Shown here one piece after another: positions 48,620-58,277 of a DNA stretch of 64,000 nt. Within the stretch, counting starts at the first letter, position 1. Every line of letters starts with the position of its first letter. A program made the translations under genes and the position numbers. Source of the stretch: Candidatus Iainarchaeum sp. (GTDB lineage Archaea; Iainarchaeota; Iainarchaeia; Iainarchaeales; JAAZKV01); NCBI GenBank assembly GCA_026397015.1, contig JAPLVR010000003.1, forward strand, positions 256,001 through 320,000, given 5' to 3'. Under the pieces are notes generated by a model. The model searched no databases, had not been told where the DNA came from, and saw only the letters and a program-made list of their open reading frames with translations.

Positions 48620-49675
48620 ATGAATCTGAAGTTTTTGGAGAAACCTGAACAGCTTTTGGACAACGCTTTCAGAGCAGGAAGAAAGGAAGCATCTATTTAC
48701 AAAAAACAAAAAACGCCGTTTTACACACTCAAGGGAAAAGAAATAACAAAAATTGATATTTCCGCCACATACCTTCAGGAAACGCTCCAAAAAATTGTGG
48801 AGGAGTTCCCGAGGATTGAAGAGCTTGATTCTTTTTACAGGGAATTGGTGGAATGCATAATCGATGCGGATGAAACAAGAAAGGCCCTTTCAAGCATCTC
48901 GTCTGTTTCAAAGCTGATAAAAAAACAGAAAATAATCGCGATTACAAGACTGAAGGAACTGAATTTCGAAAAAAAATTCGAATCCGGAAAAGGAAGGAGT
49001 GGAAAAAACAGGGGTGGGGAAAAAGGAAGCGGAGGCTGGAGCTGGAACCGCGTGAAAAAAATTTCAAACGAATACTTCGGAAGGACTTCTTCGCTTGTGA
49101 AGGGGCTTCGCAAGCAAATTGAGGTTTACAACGGGGCGGCAAAAAAAATGAGGGAGCTTCCTTCAATAAGGGCAAGCGAAGAATCGATAATTCTTGCAGG
49201 TTACCCGAATGTAGGAAAGACGACGCTGCTGGGAAAAATCACGGAGTCGAAAGCGAAAGTCGCGTCATATCCATTCACAACGCAGGGGCTGAATATCGGG
49301 TATTTGAAAAAAAAGCACATTCCAATTCAGATAATTGACACGCCCGGCTTGCTTGACAGGCCCCTTAACAGGCGAAATAAAATAGAGATGAGGGCGATTT
49401 CGGCGCTGCGGCACCTGAACGGATTGGTGGTTTTCATTGTTGACCCGCTGGAAGATTTGCCGGCGCAAAAAAATCTTTTGCTCGAAATGAAAAAACTTTT
49501 TTCCGAAAAAAAGTTTTTAATAATAATAAATAAAACGGACATAACGCCGGAAGAAATCAGGGATAAGACGGAAAAAGAATTACGCGAATTCTTGGACAGC
49601 ATCGGCGGGAAAGAAAAAATTATTTTTGAGGGAAACGGGCTGGATAACCTGAAAAATGAATTGCTGTCAAACTGA
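48620..49675 (+). CDS. NOG1-family GTPase
   Basis: FP....L..FY.EL, G.PNVGKT, A.YPFTT, IDTPGLLDRP...RN.IE, NKTD. Confidence 0.93.
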   Translation: MNLKFLEKPEQLLDNAFRAGRKEASIYKKQKTPFYTLKGKEITKIDISATYLQETLQKIVEEFPRIEELDSFYRELVECIIDADETRKALSSISSVSKLIKKQKIIAITRLKELNFEKKFESGKGRSGKNRGGEKGSGGWSWNRVKKISNEYFGRTSSLVKGLRKQIEVYNGAAKKMRELPSIRASEESIILAGYPNVGKTTLLGKITESKAKVASYPFTTQGLNIGYLKKKHIPIQIIDTPGLLDRPLNRRNKIEMRAISALRHLNGLVVFIVDPLEDLPAQKNLLLEMKKLFSEKKFLIIINKTDITPEEIRDKTEKELREFLDSIGGKEKIIFEGNGLDNLKNELLSN

Positions 49676-49772
49676 ATAGGCACAGGCGCCAGCATTCTTT
49701 TAAAAGGATTTCAGCGGGAATATCCTTGTTGGGTCAGGCGGATTTTAATTAACTTTTCCGCTCGGCGCTGTT

Positions 49773-50027
49773 TTGGTGATGGGAATGCATGAGGGGCTCG
49801 TACAGTTGATGGAAGAAATCCTCAGCGATAGGACCGTTCCAAGGAATATCAGGGAAAAGGTTGAGGGCGCAATCCAGAAGGTCAAAGTAGACAATACTAC
49901 TTCGCTTAGCGAGGCGATTTACATTCTGGACGATATAAGCAGCGACATCAATATGCCTGAGCATACGCGGACGGACATTTGGCACGCAATCTCAATGATT
50001 GAGGAAGCCAAAGAAAAAATGAAGTAG
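49773..50027 (+). CDS. UPF0147 family protein
   Basis: D.TVPRNIR, LDDIS.D.NMP.H.RT.IW..IS. Confidence 0.9.
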   Translation: MVMGMHEGLVQLMEEILSDRTVPRNIREKVEGAIQKVKVDNTTSLSEAIYILDDISSDINMPEHTRTDIWHAISMIEEAKEKMK

Positions 50028-50088
50028 TTCCCAAAGTTTCGGATTTGAAAAAATCCGCCTGGCCGACAATTCAGAAAAAGGTGTTGGG

Positions 50089-51672
50089 TTGGGCGAAGTG
50101 AAAGACGCCGGTAGCGGAGCGGAAGAAACCGAGGCGGCAAAAATATGGGATGCGCGGGCGGCTGAAAAAGGAATCTTTAATTTCGCCGAGGAGAAAGGGC
50201 TGATAATTTCAAAGGAATCCGTTGCGCTGCTTTCATCGAACGAGAACTGGAAAAAAATTTTGGAAGAGCTCGCGGACGAAGGAAATTTTCTGATTGACAA
50301 TAATATTCTTGGAAAAAAAATCACTGTAACAAAAATTTCGCACGCAACCCCCGAAGTTGAAATAAGAAAAACAAGGTTTAATGCGCAGGCCAAGGAAAGG
50401 GCGCCGAATTTCAGGGTAATGGAGGAATACGATGTTACGGGACAAAGCACTTCAGAAGGGCACATAGAAGATTTTTTGCGGCTGTTCAGAAGCAAATACG
50501 AATTGATTTCGGCGATGCTGAGAGAGAGGCACAACCTTTCCCCTATTCCGCTGAAACAACTTGAAAAAATACAAAAAAATGAGAAAGTGGATGTAATCGG
50601 AATAATAAACAAAAAATGGGTTACAAAAAACGGCCACCTTGCTTTTGAAATCGAAGATTTGGAAAACAGGTGCATTGCGCTGATAATGGAAAAAGAAAAG
50701 GAACTTACAAAAAAAGGCGAGCATGTTCTTGAGGACAATGTTGTCGGAATAAAGGGCGCGAAATTAAGCAATGATTTCATAATAATAAACGAAATTTATT
50801 GGCCCGATTTGCCGATAAACAAGCCAAAACTTTTGAACGAAGAGGTTTATATCGGCGGAATAACCGATTTGCATGTCGGAAGCCAGCTGTTTTACGAGGA
50901 CAAATTCAAAAAACTTTTGGAAAGGCTGAACGGAAAAGGGCTCGAAGGAAAAAAACTCGAACAAATGGGAAAACTGCAGTATCTGATTGTTGCGGGGGAC
51001 AATGTCGCGGGCATAGGAGTTTATCCCGGCCAACTGGATGAATTGCTGGTAAGGGATTTGTACGAGCAGTACGCTAGATTTGAAGATTTGATGATTCAGA
51101 TTCCCGAATACATTCATGTTTTTGTATGCCCAGGACAGCATGACGGGGTGAGAAGGGCGGAGCCACAGCCGGCAGTCCCAAAAGAGTTTTTGCCGCGGCT
51201 CTCAAAATTGAGGAATTTTCATTTCATCTCTTCGCCGTCATGGGTGGAAATAGAGGGATTGAAAAATTTGGTTTATCACGGGGCAAGCATTCATGATCTC
51301 ATAAGTAGCGTCAGCTTTTTGGAGATGAGCAAGCCGCAGGAAGGCATGGTGGAACTGCTGAAAAAAAGGGACCTCATGCCTAAGTACGGCGGAAAAAACC
51401 CGTATGTGCCGGAAAAAAAGGATTACATGGTGATAAAGGAAATACCCGACCTGGTTTGGATAGGGGATATGCACACAAACGGATACACAACATACAAGGG
51501 AACAACCGTGCTCAATTCGGGCTGCTGGGAAGGGCAGACAACTTTTCAGGAAAAAATCGGGCACAAACCAACCCCGTGCATCTTTCCAATGATAAATCTT
51601 CAGACGCGGCAAATATACGAAACACATTTTTTGAGGGAAACGGCGGAAGAACTTGCGGAGGAAAAAAAATGA
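50089..51672 (+). CDS. polB: DNA polymerase D small subunit DP1
   Basis: OB fold, DLHVGS, GIGVYPGQ, R.AEPQP, YHG, PE.KD.MVI...PD, NSG.W..QT.FQ. Confidence 0.95.
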   Translation: MGEVKDAGSGAEETEAAKIWDARAAEKGIFNFAEEKGLIISKESVALLSSNENWKKILEELADEGNFLIDNNILGKKITVTKISHATPEVEIRKTRFNAQAKERAPNFRVMEEYDVTGQSTSEGHIEDFLRLFRSKYELISAMLRERHNLSPIPLKQLEKIQKNEKVDVIGIINKKWVTKNGHLAFEIEDLENRCIALIMEKEKELTKKGEHVLEDNVVGIKGAKLSNDFIIINEIYWPDLPINKPKLLNEEVYIGGITDLHVGSQLFYEDKFKKLLERLNGKGLEGKKLEQMGKLQYLIVAGDNVAGIGVYPGQLDELLVRDLYEQYARFEDLMIQIPEYIHVFVCPGQHDGVRRAEPQPAVPKEFLPRLSKLRNFHFISSPSWVEIEGLKNLVYHGASIHDLISSVSFLEMSKPQEGMVELLKKRDLMPKYGGKNPYVPEKKDYMVIKEIPDLVWIGDMHTNGYTTYKGTTVLNSGCWEGQTTFQEKIGHKPTPCIFPMINLQTRQIYETHFLRETAEELAEEKK

Positions 51673-54600
51673 AAAATAACAACAACAGCCCAGACGAAAA
51701 AACAGGTTCAACTAATAAAATAAATTCAATTAACAAAACAAGTTCATCTTCATCCGGTGAAAAAATTTCAATCGCTGAATTCAGGGAAGAAATGAAAATT
51801 CCCGAAATAGGGTTTGCATGCAACGCCCAAATAAAAAAATATTTTGAAAAAATCCAGCTGGATACTTACAGCGCGCTAAAGGTCGCAAGACAGGCGAGGG
51901 CAAAAGGGCTTGATACGAGCATGGAAGTTGAGACTACGCCGACGCTGGACCTCGCGGACAGGGCAGAAACAATCATAGGATTGCCGGGCTTGGCGAGAAG
52001 ATACAGGGAAGTTTTTGCGCAGAAAAAGGACAGAAAGGAAACATACTTCCAGCTTTTCAGGGAAATTTTGGAACAAAAGTGGTGCTCAATTCCGGATGTG
52101 CAAAAGAGAGTTGAGATAGGAATAAAAGCGTGCCTGCTAATAGAAACGGAAGGCGTGGTTGTGGCGCCGCTTGACGGAGTGCCAAAAATAGAAATAAACT
52201 CTAATCCGGATGGAAGCAAATATATTGACATTTATTATGCGGGGCCGATAAGAGCCGCGGGAGGATCTGCCGCGGTAATGCCCCTCATACTCGGGGATTA
52301 TGCGAGGCAGCTTCTTGGAATCGACAAATACAAGCCCACAAACGACGAAGTTGAGAGGTATGTTGAAGAAATCGACATTTACCAAAACGAAATTTTTTCA
52401 AGGCAATACAAAATTCCGGCGGAAGAAATAAGAATAATTGTAACCAACTGCCCCGTTTGCATCAACGGCATGCCAACCGAAGAGAACGAAGTTTCTGTTT
52501 ACCGCGATTTGAAAAGAATTCCCACCAACAGAGTCCGAGGCGGAGTCGGATTAGTTATTTCGGAAGGGCTCGGGCTGAAAGCATCATGGGTCATGAAAAC
52601 GGCGAAAAAACAGGGATTGGACTGGAGCTTTCTTGAAAAAATAATAAAGGTTGAAAAAACCCAGACAAAAATTGAAATCGTTCCGAACAAAAAAATTCTT
52701 GACGGATTGGCTGCTGGAAGACCGATACTTGCATATCCGAGCGCGTGGGGCGGCTTTCGGCTCAGATACGGAAGGGGAAGAAACACCGGAATAATGGCGA
52801 AAGCCATCAATCCGGCTTCGATGGTAATATTTGATGAATTTATTGCGGTTGGAACGCACGGAAAGCTTGAAAGGCCGGGAAAAGCAACGCAATTTTTTCC
52901 GTGCACAACAATTGACGGGCCGATTGTATTGCTTGACGATGATTCCGTAGTAAGAGTGAATGACACAAAAAAAGCAAACGAAGTAAAGGCGAGATTAAAA
53001 AAAATTCTTTACATAGGAGATCTCCTTTCGAGCTACGGCGATTTCAGGAAAAGCGCCCACCCGCTGATTCCTGCAGGGTATTGCGAAGAATGGTGGCTTG
53101 AAGAACTAAAAGAAGCAGTTAAGGACGGAACAAAGATGAAAGAACTGAAAAAACTCGGGCTCGAAAAAACTTTGAAGGAATGCAGAAATGTTTCGCAGGA
53201 GGAGGCAATTGCGATTTCGAGAAAGTTCGGCATTCCATTACACCCGAAGTGGCTGCATTTTTACAGGGCGATAAACGAAAAGGAAATTGTTTTACTGCAC
53301 AATAAATTGCTGGGCGCCAGGCTTGAAAAAGAAAATGAAAAAGTGAAAAGGATTGTTGCGGAAAATGATTTGGAACTGAAAAGATTTTTGGACGGAATAG
53401 GCCTGCCCCACCACTTTGAAAACGAAAAAATAATAATTGATGAATTTGCCGAAAGCGTTGCCTCGACTTTTGCGCTTGAAAGCGGGCAAAAATCAATCAA
53501 CACTGAAGAAAAAGTAGAAAATGTTTTGGATTATTTGAGCAAAATTTCTGGAATGAAAATAATGGACAAAGCAGGTTCGTTCATCGGCGGAAGGATGGGC
53601 AGGCCCGAACAGGCGAAGCCGAGGGAAATGAAGGGAAACCCGCACGTGCTTTTCCCAATCGGCATGAAAGGGGGAAGCACGAGAAGCATCAACAAGGCGA
53701 TTGATGAAGAATATAACCCGGGGGGAAAGGTAACGGTCGAAATTTCAGAATACAAATGCGCAAAATGCGGAAAAATAGTGCACATACCATATTGTCCGGA
53801 TTGCAATGTAAGAACAAAAAAAATGAAGTATTGCCCGAAGTGCAAGTCAACAGTGGCGGGGGAAAAATGCTACAAGTGCGGAGCGGAAACGGTTGAAGCG
53901 GGGGAGCACGAAGTCGCCCTGAGAAAAATGTTCGAGAAGGCGAAGGAAAGGCTCCGCGTAAGTATTCCCGAAACATTTAAAGGGGTCAAGGGAATGATTT
54001 CGGAAACGAAAGAAGTGGAGCCGCTGGAAAAAGGAATATTAAGGGCGAGGCACGATGTCCACATGTTTAGGGATGGAACTTCGAGATTCGAATTGCTGAA
54101 CGCGACAATAACCCATTTCAAGCCGAAAGAAATAAGCATGAGCGTCGAAAAAGCCATGGAATTAGGCTATGAAAAAGACATTTACGGAAATGAAATAACG
54201 AGCGACGAACAAATTGTTGAAATTTTTCCGCAGGACATCATCGTGCATGAATCGTGCGGGAACTGGCTTGTTAATATGAGCCAGTTCATCGATGAGTTGC
54301 TTGAAAGATTCTATGAGATTGACAGGTTCTACAACGCGAAAACAAAAGAGGACCTCATCGGGCAACTGACACTCGGCCTGGCGCCGCACACATCCGCGGC
54401 TGTCGTGGGAAGAATAATCGGGTACACTAAGGCAAGGCTCGGATTCGGGCACCCGTATTTTGTGTGCGCAAAAAGGAGAAATGTTGACGGGGACCAGGAT
54501 TCGCTGATTTTGCTGATGGATGCATTAGTAAATTTCTCACAAAAATATTTGTCGCTGAAAAGCGGCGGTAGGATGGATGCGCCGCTCGTTTTTACAACAA

Positions 54601-55238
54601 TAATAAATCCAGAAGAGGTTGACAACGAGGTTCATGAAATGGAAACCTGCTGCAATTATCCGCGCGAGTTCTACGAATCCGCGGCAAAAATATGCGAACC
54701 ATCTCTTGAAAACCTGAGCATCGAAATTGTGAAATCAAGGCTCGGGAAGCCCGCCCAATACAGCGGGTTCGGATACACTCATGAAACGGACATCTTTGAC
54801 GAGGGACCGAAAACTTCGCGTTATATCCAGTTGAAAACGATGGATGAAAAGATACAGATGCAAAATATTTTGCAGAAAAAAATAGTTGCAGTTGATGCAA
54901 GGGACTGCCTCGAGAGGGTAATGGCGTCCCACTTCCTGCCGGACATAATCGGAAACGCAAGGGCTTTTTCCAGGCAAACATTCAGGTGCACTTATTGTAA
55001 CGAAAAATACAGGCGGATTCCTCTGTGCGGAAAGTGCTACAAGTGCGGAAAAAACACGTTAATACTTACAATCAATCAGGGCGGGGTAAGGAAGTACCTG
55101 AAGATTGCGCAGAGAATGGCGAAGCAGGAACACCTCTCAGCATATCTTATCCAGCGTCTTGACATGATTGAGAAAGAAATTGATTCGGTTTTCAAGGATG
55201 AGAGGGCGCAGCAAAAAAGTTTGTTCGAATTTGTTTAA
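51669..55238 (+). CDS. polC: DNA polymerase D large subunit DP2 (no intein)
   Basis: TEGVV.AP, YAGPIRAAGG, GGFRLRYGR, RMGRPE.A, HVLFPIG, KRRN.DGD, GGRMDAPL, C-terminal Zn finger. Confidence 0.98.
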   Translation: MKNNNNSPDEKTGSTNKINSINKTSSSSSGEKISIAEFREEMKIPEIGFACNAQIKKYFEKIQLDTYSALKVARQARAKGLDTSMEVETTPTLDLADRAETIIGLPGLARRYREVFAQKKDRKETYFQLFREILEQKWCSIPDVQKRVEIGIKACLLIETEGVVVAPLDGVPKIEINSNPDGSKYIDIYYAGPIRAAGGSAAVMPLILGDYARQLLGIDKYKPTNDEVERYVEEIDIYQNEIFSRQYKIPAEEIRIIVTNCPVCINGMPTEENEVSVYRDLKRIPTNRVRGGVGLVISEGLGLKASWVMKTAKKQGLDWSFLEKIIKVEKTQTKIEIVPNKKILDGLAAGRPILAYPSAWGGFRLRYGRGRNTGIMAKAINPASMVIFDEFIAVGTHGKLERPGKATQFFPCTTIDGPIVLLDDDSVVRVNDTKKANEVKARLKKILYIGDLLSSYGDFRKSAHPLIPAGYCEEWWLEELKEAVKDGTKMKELKKLGLEKTLKECRNVSQEEAIAISRKFGIPLHPKWLHFYRAINEKEIVLLHNKLLGARLEKENEKVKRIVAENDLELKRFLDGIGLPHHFENEKIIIDEFAESVASTFALESGQKSINTEEKVENVLDYLSKISGMKIMDKAGSFIGGRMGRPEQAKPREMKGNPHVLFPIGMKGGSTRSINKAIDEEYNPGGKVTVEISEYKCAKCGKIVHIPYCPDCNVRTKKMKYCPKCKSTVAGEKCYKCGAETVEAGEHEVALRKMFEKAKERLRVSIPETFKGVKGMISETKEVEPLEKGILRARHDVHMFRDGTSRFELLNATITHFKPKEISMSVEKAMELGYEKDIYGNEITSDEQIVEIFPQDIIVHESCGNWLVNMSQFIDELLERFYEIDRFYNAKTKEDLIGQLTLGLAPHTSAAVVGRIIGYTKARLGFGHPYFVCAKRRNVDGDQDSLILLMDALVNFSQKYLSLKSGGRMDAPLVFTTIINPEEVDNEVHEMETCCNYPREFYESAAKICEPSLENLSIEIVKSRLGKPAQYSGFGYTHETDIFDEGPKTSRYIQLKTMDEKIQMQNILQKKIVAVDARDCLERVMASHFLPDIIGNARAFSRQTFRCTYCNEKYRRIPLCGKCYKCGKNTLILTINQGGVRKYLKIAQRMAKQEHLSAYLIQRLDMIEKEIDSVFKDERAQQKSLFEFV

Positions 55239-55249
55239 ACTGAACAAAA

Positions 55250-56560
55250 CTATTTGAACAATTCTTTTTCAAGCGCGCTTTTTATTCTTTCGGCGTCGAA
55301 GCCGAGTTTTATCAGCCTTGTCTGCCCCCTGATTCCCTTTCCCGACGCCGTAATTAAAATCAAGCCGTACATTTCAAGCTCATTAATGTATTGCCTATAC
55401 CACCTGCTTGTAATTGTCCTTCTGCCGAGGTGCTTTGCCATCTCGCAATAAGTTTCGAAAATTTCTCCGGAAAACAAGGTGCCCTCTTCTATTTCGCCTG
55501 TTATGCGCCTGCTTCCCTTGTGCTGAATGGTCATTGCTGAAATTGAATAAAGAACAAGTTGCTGCTGTCCTGGCAAAGTTGAAACCATCGAGAGGATTAT
55601 TTCCTCTTCAACGCTTGCCTTCGCCTTCTCAACGTGCTGCTCGACAACCAGCACAGCTTTTTCTGAATCGGCGATTTCGCCGGCGCGCTGCATCAGCATT
55701 ACCGCTGTTCTTGCGTCGCCGGATTCCTGCGCCGCCAAAGCAGCGACTAGGGAAATCGAAGAGTCGGAAACTGCTTTCGGTTTGAAGGCTTTTTCACAGC
55801 GCTCGACCAAAATTTCTTTCAGCTCATTCGCATTATAGGGGGAAAAAACAAGTTCCTTTTCGCAAAGGGAACTTTTCGTCCGCGGATCGAGCTTTTCTTT
55901 GAACATCAGATTGTTTGAAATCCCGATTAGGGTTATGGAACCTTTTCCAAGCTCGTCGTTCCCGCGCGTGAGCGAATAAACCAGTTCGTCCAAATCCTTT
56001 ACTTTGTCGATTTCATCAAGCACCAAAATCAGGTGTGCGGAATTGGCTTCACAAAAATCAAGAATTTTTTCGTAAATAAATGAAACGCTGTAGCCCAAAA
56101 AATCTTTTGAAGGGTAAAATGATTTTGCAACTTTCAAAAGAACCTTGTATTTTGAGGGGTGGTTTCTGCAGTTAATGTACGCGGAGAAAACCGGAAGGCT
56201 CTGTTTTGAAACAAATTCGGTGAGCTGCTCAAGAACGTGCTTCACAGTGGCTGTTTTTCCGGTGCCGGTTTTTCCATAGAGAAAAATATTGTTCGGCTTC
56301 GTTCCTTTTATCGACGGGCTCAAATCGGAACTGATTTCATCTATCTGTTTCTCCCTGAACGGAAGCTTTTCTGGAATGTAGTGCTGCGAAATTATCTCCT
56401 TGTTGGCGAAAACGGAGGCATTTAAAAGCCGCCTTTCAAAAACATTTTTCACGATTTCAGATATCTCAGATTTGGCCTTGGATTCAACTATTCCAGATTC
56501 AAGCACTTCCGCGTCTGATTCAGCGCGGAGCGAAAGCGATAAATTACTCATACCATTCAT
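55250..56560 (-). CDS. cdc6: Orc1/Cdc6 replication initiator
   Basis: Y.P..LP.RE.QI, GKTGTGKT, INC, LDEID, LDPR..SSL, PYNA.EL, GDAR, wH domain G.RG.TR. Confidence 0.96.
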   Translation of the reverse strand: MNGMSNLSLSLRAESDAEVLESGIVESKAKSEISEIVKNVFERRLLNASVFANKEIISQHYIPEKLPFREKQIDEISSDLSPSIKGTKPNNIFLYGKTGTGKTATVKHVLEQLTEFVSKQSLPVFSAYINCRNHPSKYKVLLKVAKSFYPSKDFLGYSVSFIYEKILDFCEANSAHLILVLDEIDKVKDLDELVYSLTRGNDELGKGSITLIGISNNLMFKEKLDPRTKSSLCEKELVFSPYNANELKEILVERCEKAFKPKAVSDSSISLVAALAAQESGDARTAVMLMQRAGEIADSEKAVLVVEQHVEKAKASVEEEIILSMVSTLPGQQQLVLYSISAMTIQHKGSRRITGEIEEGTLFSGEIFETYCEMAKHLGRRTITSRWYRQYINELEMYGLILITASGKGIRGQTRLIKLGFDAERIKSALEKELFK

Positions 56561-56599
56561 AAGCCCACCAACCCACACAAATAAAAAACTTAAAACCTT

Positions 56600-56950
56600 C
56601 GCGTTCCGAAACTTCAATTTGAAGGCCAAAAAACCAAGGCTTAGTTCCAATAATTTACTTCCACTAATAGACGCGGGCGAAAAATTAATACCTTTGGGGT
56701 TTGGAAACCGAATGAATTCCCTTTCCTTTCAAAGCAAAACCAAATAAACATAAAAAAAATTGGGAAAAATTTTGAAAATTCAAAAAAAAATCTAAAAAAA
56801 GCAAAAAATTTTAAAAAAAACAAGAAAAATTAATTTTTTCAAGATTTCTCGTAAAAGTATTGCTTTTATATTTTTCGCACAGGGGATTTATTGCATTAGA
56901 CGGGTTTAATGCCTGTTTGAGGCGAACTGGATAGGACTTTGTGGAAGCCA
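56600..56950. other. Candidate replication origin (AT-rich DUE-like stretch with weak ORB-like motifs)
   Basis: Non-coding region upstream of cdc6. Very A/T-rich core at about 56735-56875. CTTCCAC at 56658 and its inverse GTGGAAG at 56941 flank the core; other TTCC/GGAAAC words are nearby. Confidence 0.45.
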
Positions 56951-57012
56951 ACAAATGGGCTTATATACATTTTGCACAAGGGAAATCCATACAAAAGCGC
57001 TTTTAACGCGGG

Positions 57013-57372
57013 GTGGTCATTTTGGGTTTGTTTAACAAAGTAATGTCGAAGCAGGACTCTGACATAGAAGAATTTTTGAATACTATTGACGAGGAGCCTG
57101 AAGAAAATTACGAAGACGCTGACGCTTTCGTAAAGCCTATGGACCTTATTTCAGAGGCGGACGCAACGGCAATAATCAAGGAAGCAAAATCCGGGAATAT
57201 TGTTCTGGTAAATATTGATGATTTGTCGAGGAGAAACAGCGTAAAGCTGAAAGAGCTCATTGGAAGAATAAAGCGGGAAATAAAGCTTATTGACGGCGAT
57301 CTGGCAAGAATTTCACAGGAAAGAATAATTGTTACGCCATCAAAAGTAAAAATAATCAAAAGAAGGCAGTGA
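57013..57372 (+). CDS. sepF: Cell division protein SepF
   Basis: Amphipathic GLFNKV start, GNIV.V.I..L, GD.A......I.VTP..V.I. Confidence 0.9.
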   Translation: MVILGLFNKVMSKQDSDIEEFLNTIDEEPEENYEDADAFVKPMDLISEADATAIIKEAKSGNIVLVNIDDLSRRNSVKLKELIGRIKREIKLIDGDLARISQERIIVTPSKVKIIKRRQ

Positions 57373-57382
57373 GGCGAGGGCG

Positions 57383-58198
57383 TTGTATTTAGGCAGCCCC
57401 GCATTGCCGATCAAATTGGTTCCGGCGGACGCAGTAAAATCGTTGGATGATATTATCAGAAAGAAAAAGCGCTGGCACAAATTCGAGATAGCGACATTGA
57501 AGCTAATTCTCGTGCCCTATTTCTACTTTAATTATCACTACTTTAAGGAAAAGGAGAAGGGCGGAGAAAAAATAATTGAAAGCTCGGTGGACGGCTTTCT
57601 TGCGATGAATGGGGAAACGCTTCAAATTGACGAGGAAACAACCACATTGATAAAGGAGAACATAAAAGCGGCTTCGGCCGAGGCACCGGGCATAGAATTT
57701 GAAATAATTGAAACGGGGATTGAAAAAAAGGAGCAGGAAACCGTTCTGAAGCTCAAGCTCGCGGAATATTTCCAAATATCGAAGGCAAACGTTGTTATTT
57801 CCAGCACAAAAAAAATTCTTTTGCCGCTCTACAAATCGTTTGTGACTGTTGAAGAAGGCACATTTCAGGTGCTGATAAACGCGGTAAACGGAGAAATTTC
57901 GGGAATTGAAAAAGTTCCGGCAAGGGAAAGGGAGCTCATAGAAATAACAAAAGAAACCATTAACGAGTTAAAGGACCCTGCTGCGTGGGTGGAATACACG
58001 AAAGGAATTTTATTCGAGACAAAAAAAATTGTTGTTCCGAAAAAAATGGCTGAAAAATCTGCCCGCGAATCGAAAAAAAGCGGAAGCGGAGAAGGATTTT
58101 CCATTGATTTAAATTTCTTTTCAAGCAAGTGGATTCTGGTTCTGATAATGATATTGGCGCTTTTTGTGATTTACATGGCGCTCTTCGGAAGGCGCTAA
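57383..58198 (+). CDS. Hypothetical protein with C-terminal TM anchor
   Basis: 271 aa, 10 bp after sepF, ends WILVLIMILALFVIYMALFGRR. Confidence 0.7.
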   Translation: MYLGSPALPIKLVPADAVKSLDDIIRKKKRWHKFEIATLKLILVPYFYFNYHYFKEKEKGGEKIIESSVDGFLAMNGETLQIDEETTTLIKENIKAASAEAPGIEFEIIETGIEKKEQETVLKLKLAEYFQISKANVVISSTKKILLPLYKSFVTVEEGTFQVLINAVNGEISGIEKVPARERELIEITKETINELKDPAAWVEYTKGILFETKKIVVPKKMAEKSARESKKSGSGEGFSIDLNFFSSKWILVLIMILALFVIYMALFGRR

Positions 58199-58277
58199 CA
58201 AAAGGACGCGAAAAGAAAACTTGGAATCTGAACGCCGGCACCCTTCAAAATCAGACTCTCTTCAAAATTCGGGAAAA

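Noticed and set aside
47435-51669. Long N-terminal extensions of SecF and DP2 in the ORF track (also L6 and aIF2g)
   Set aside because: They overlap neighbouring genes; downstream ATGs match the conserved N-termini better.
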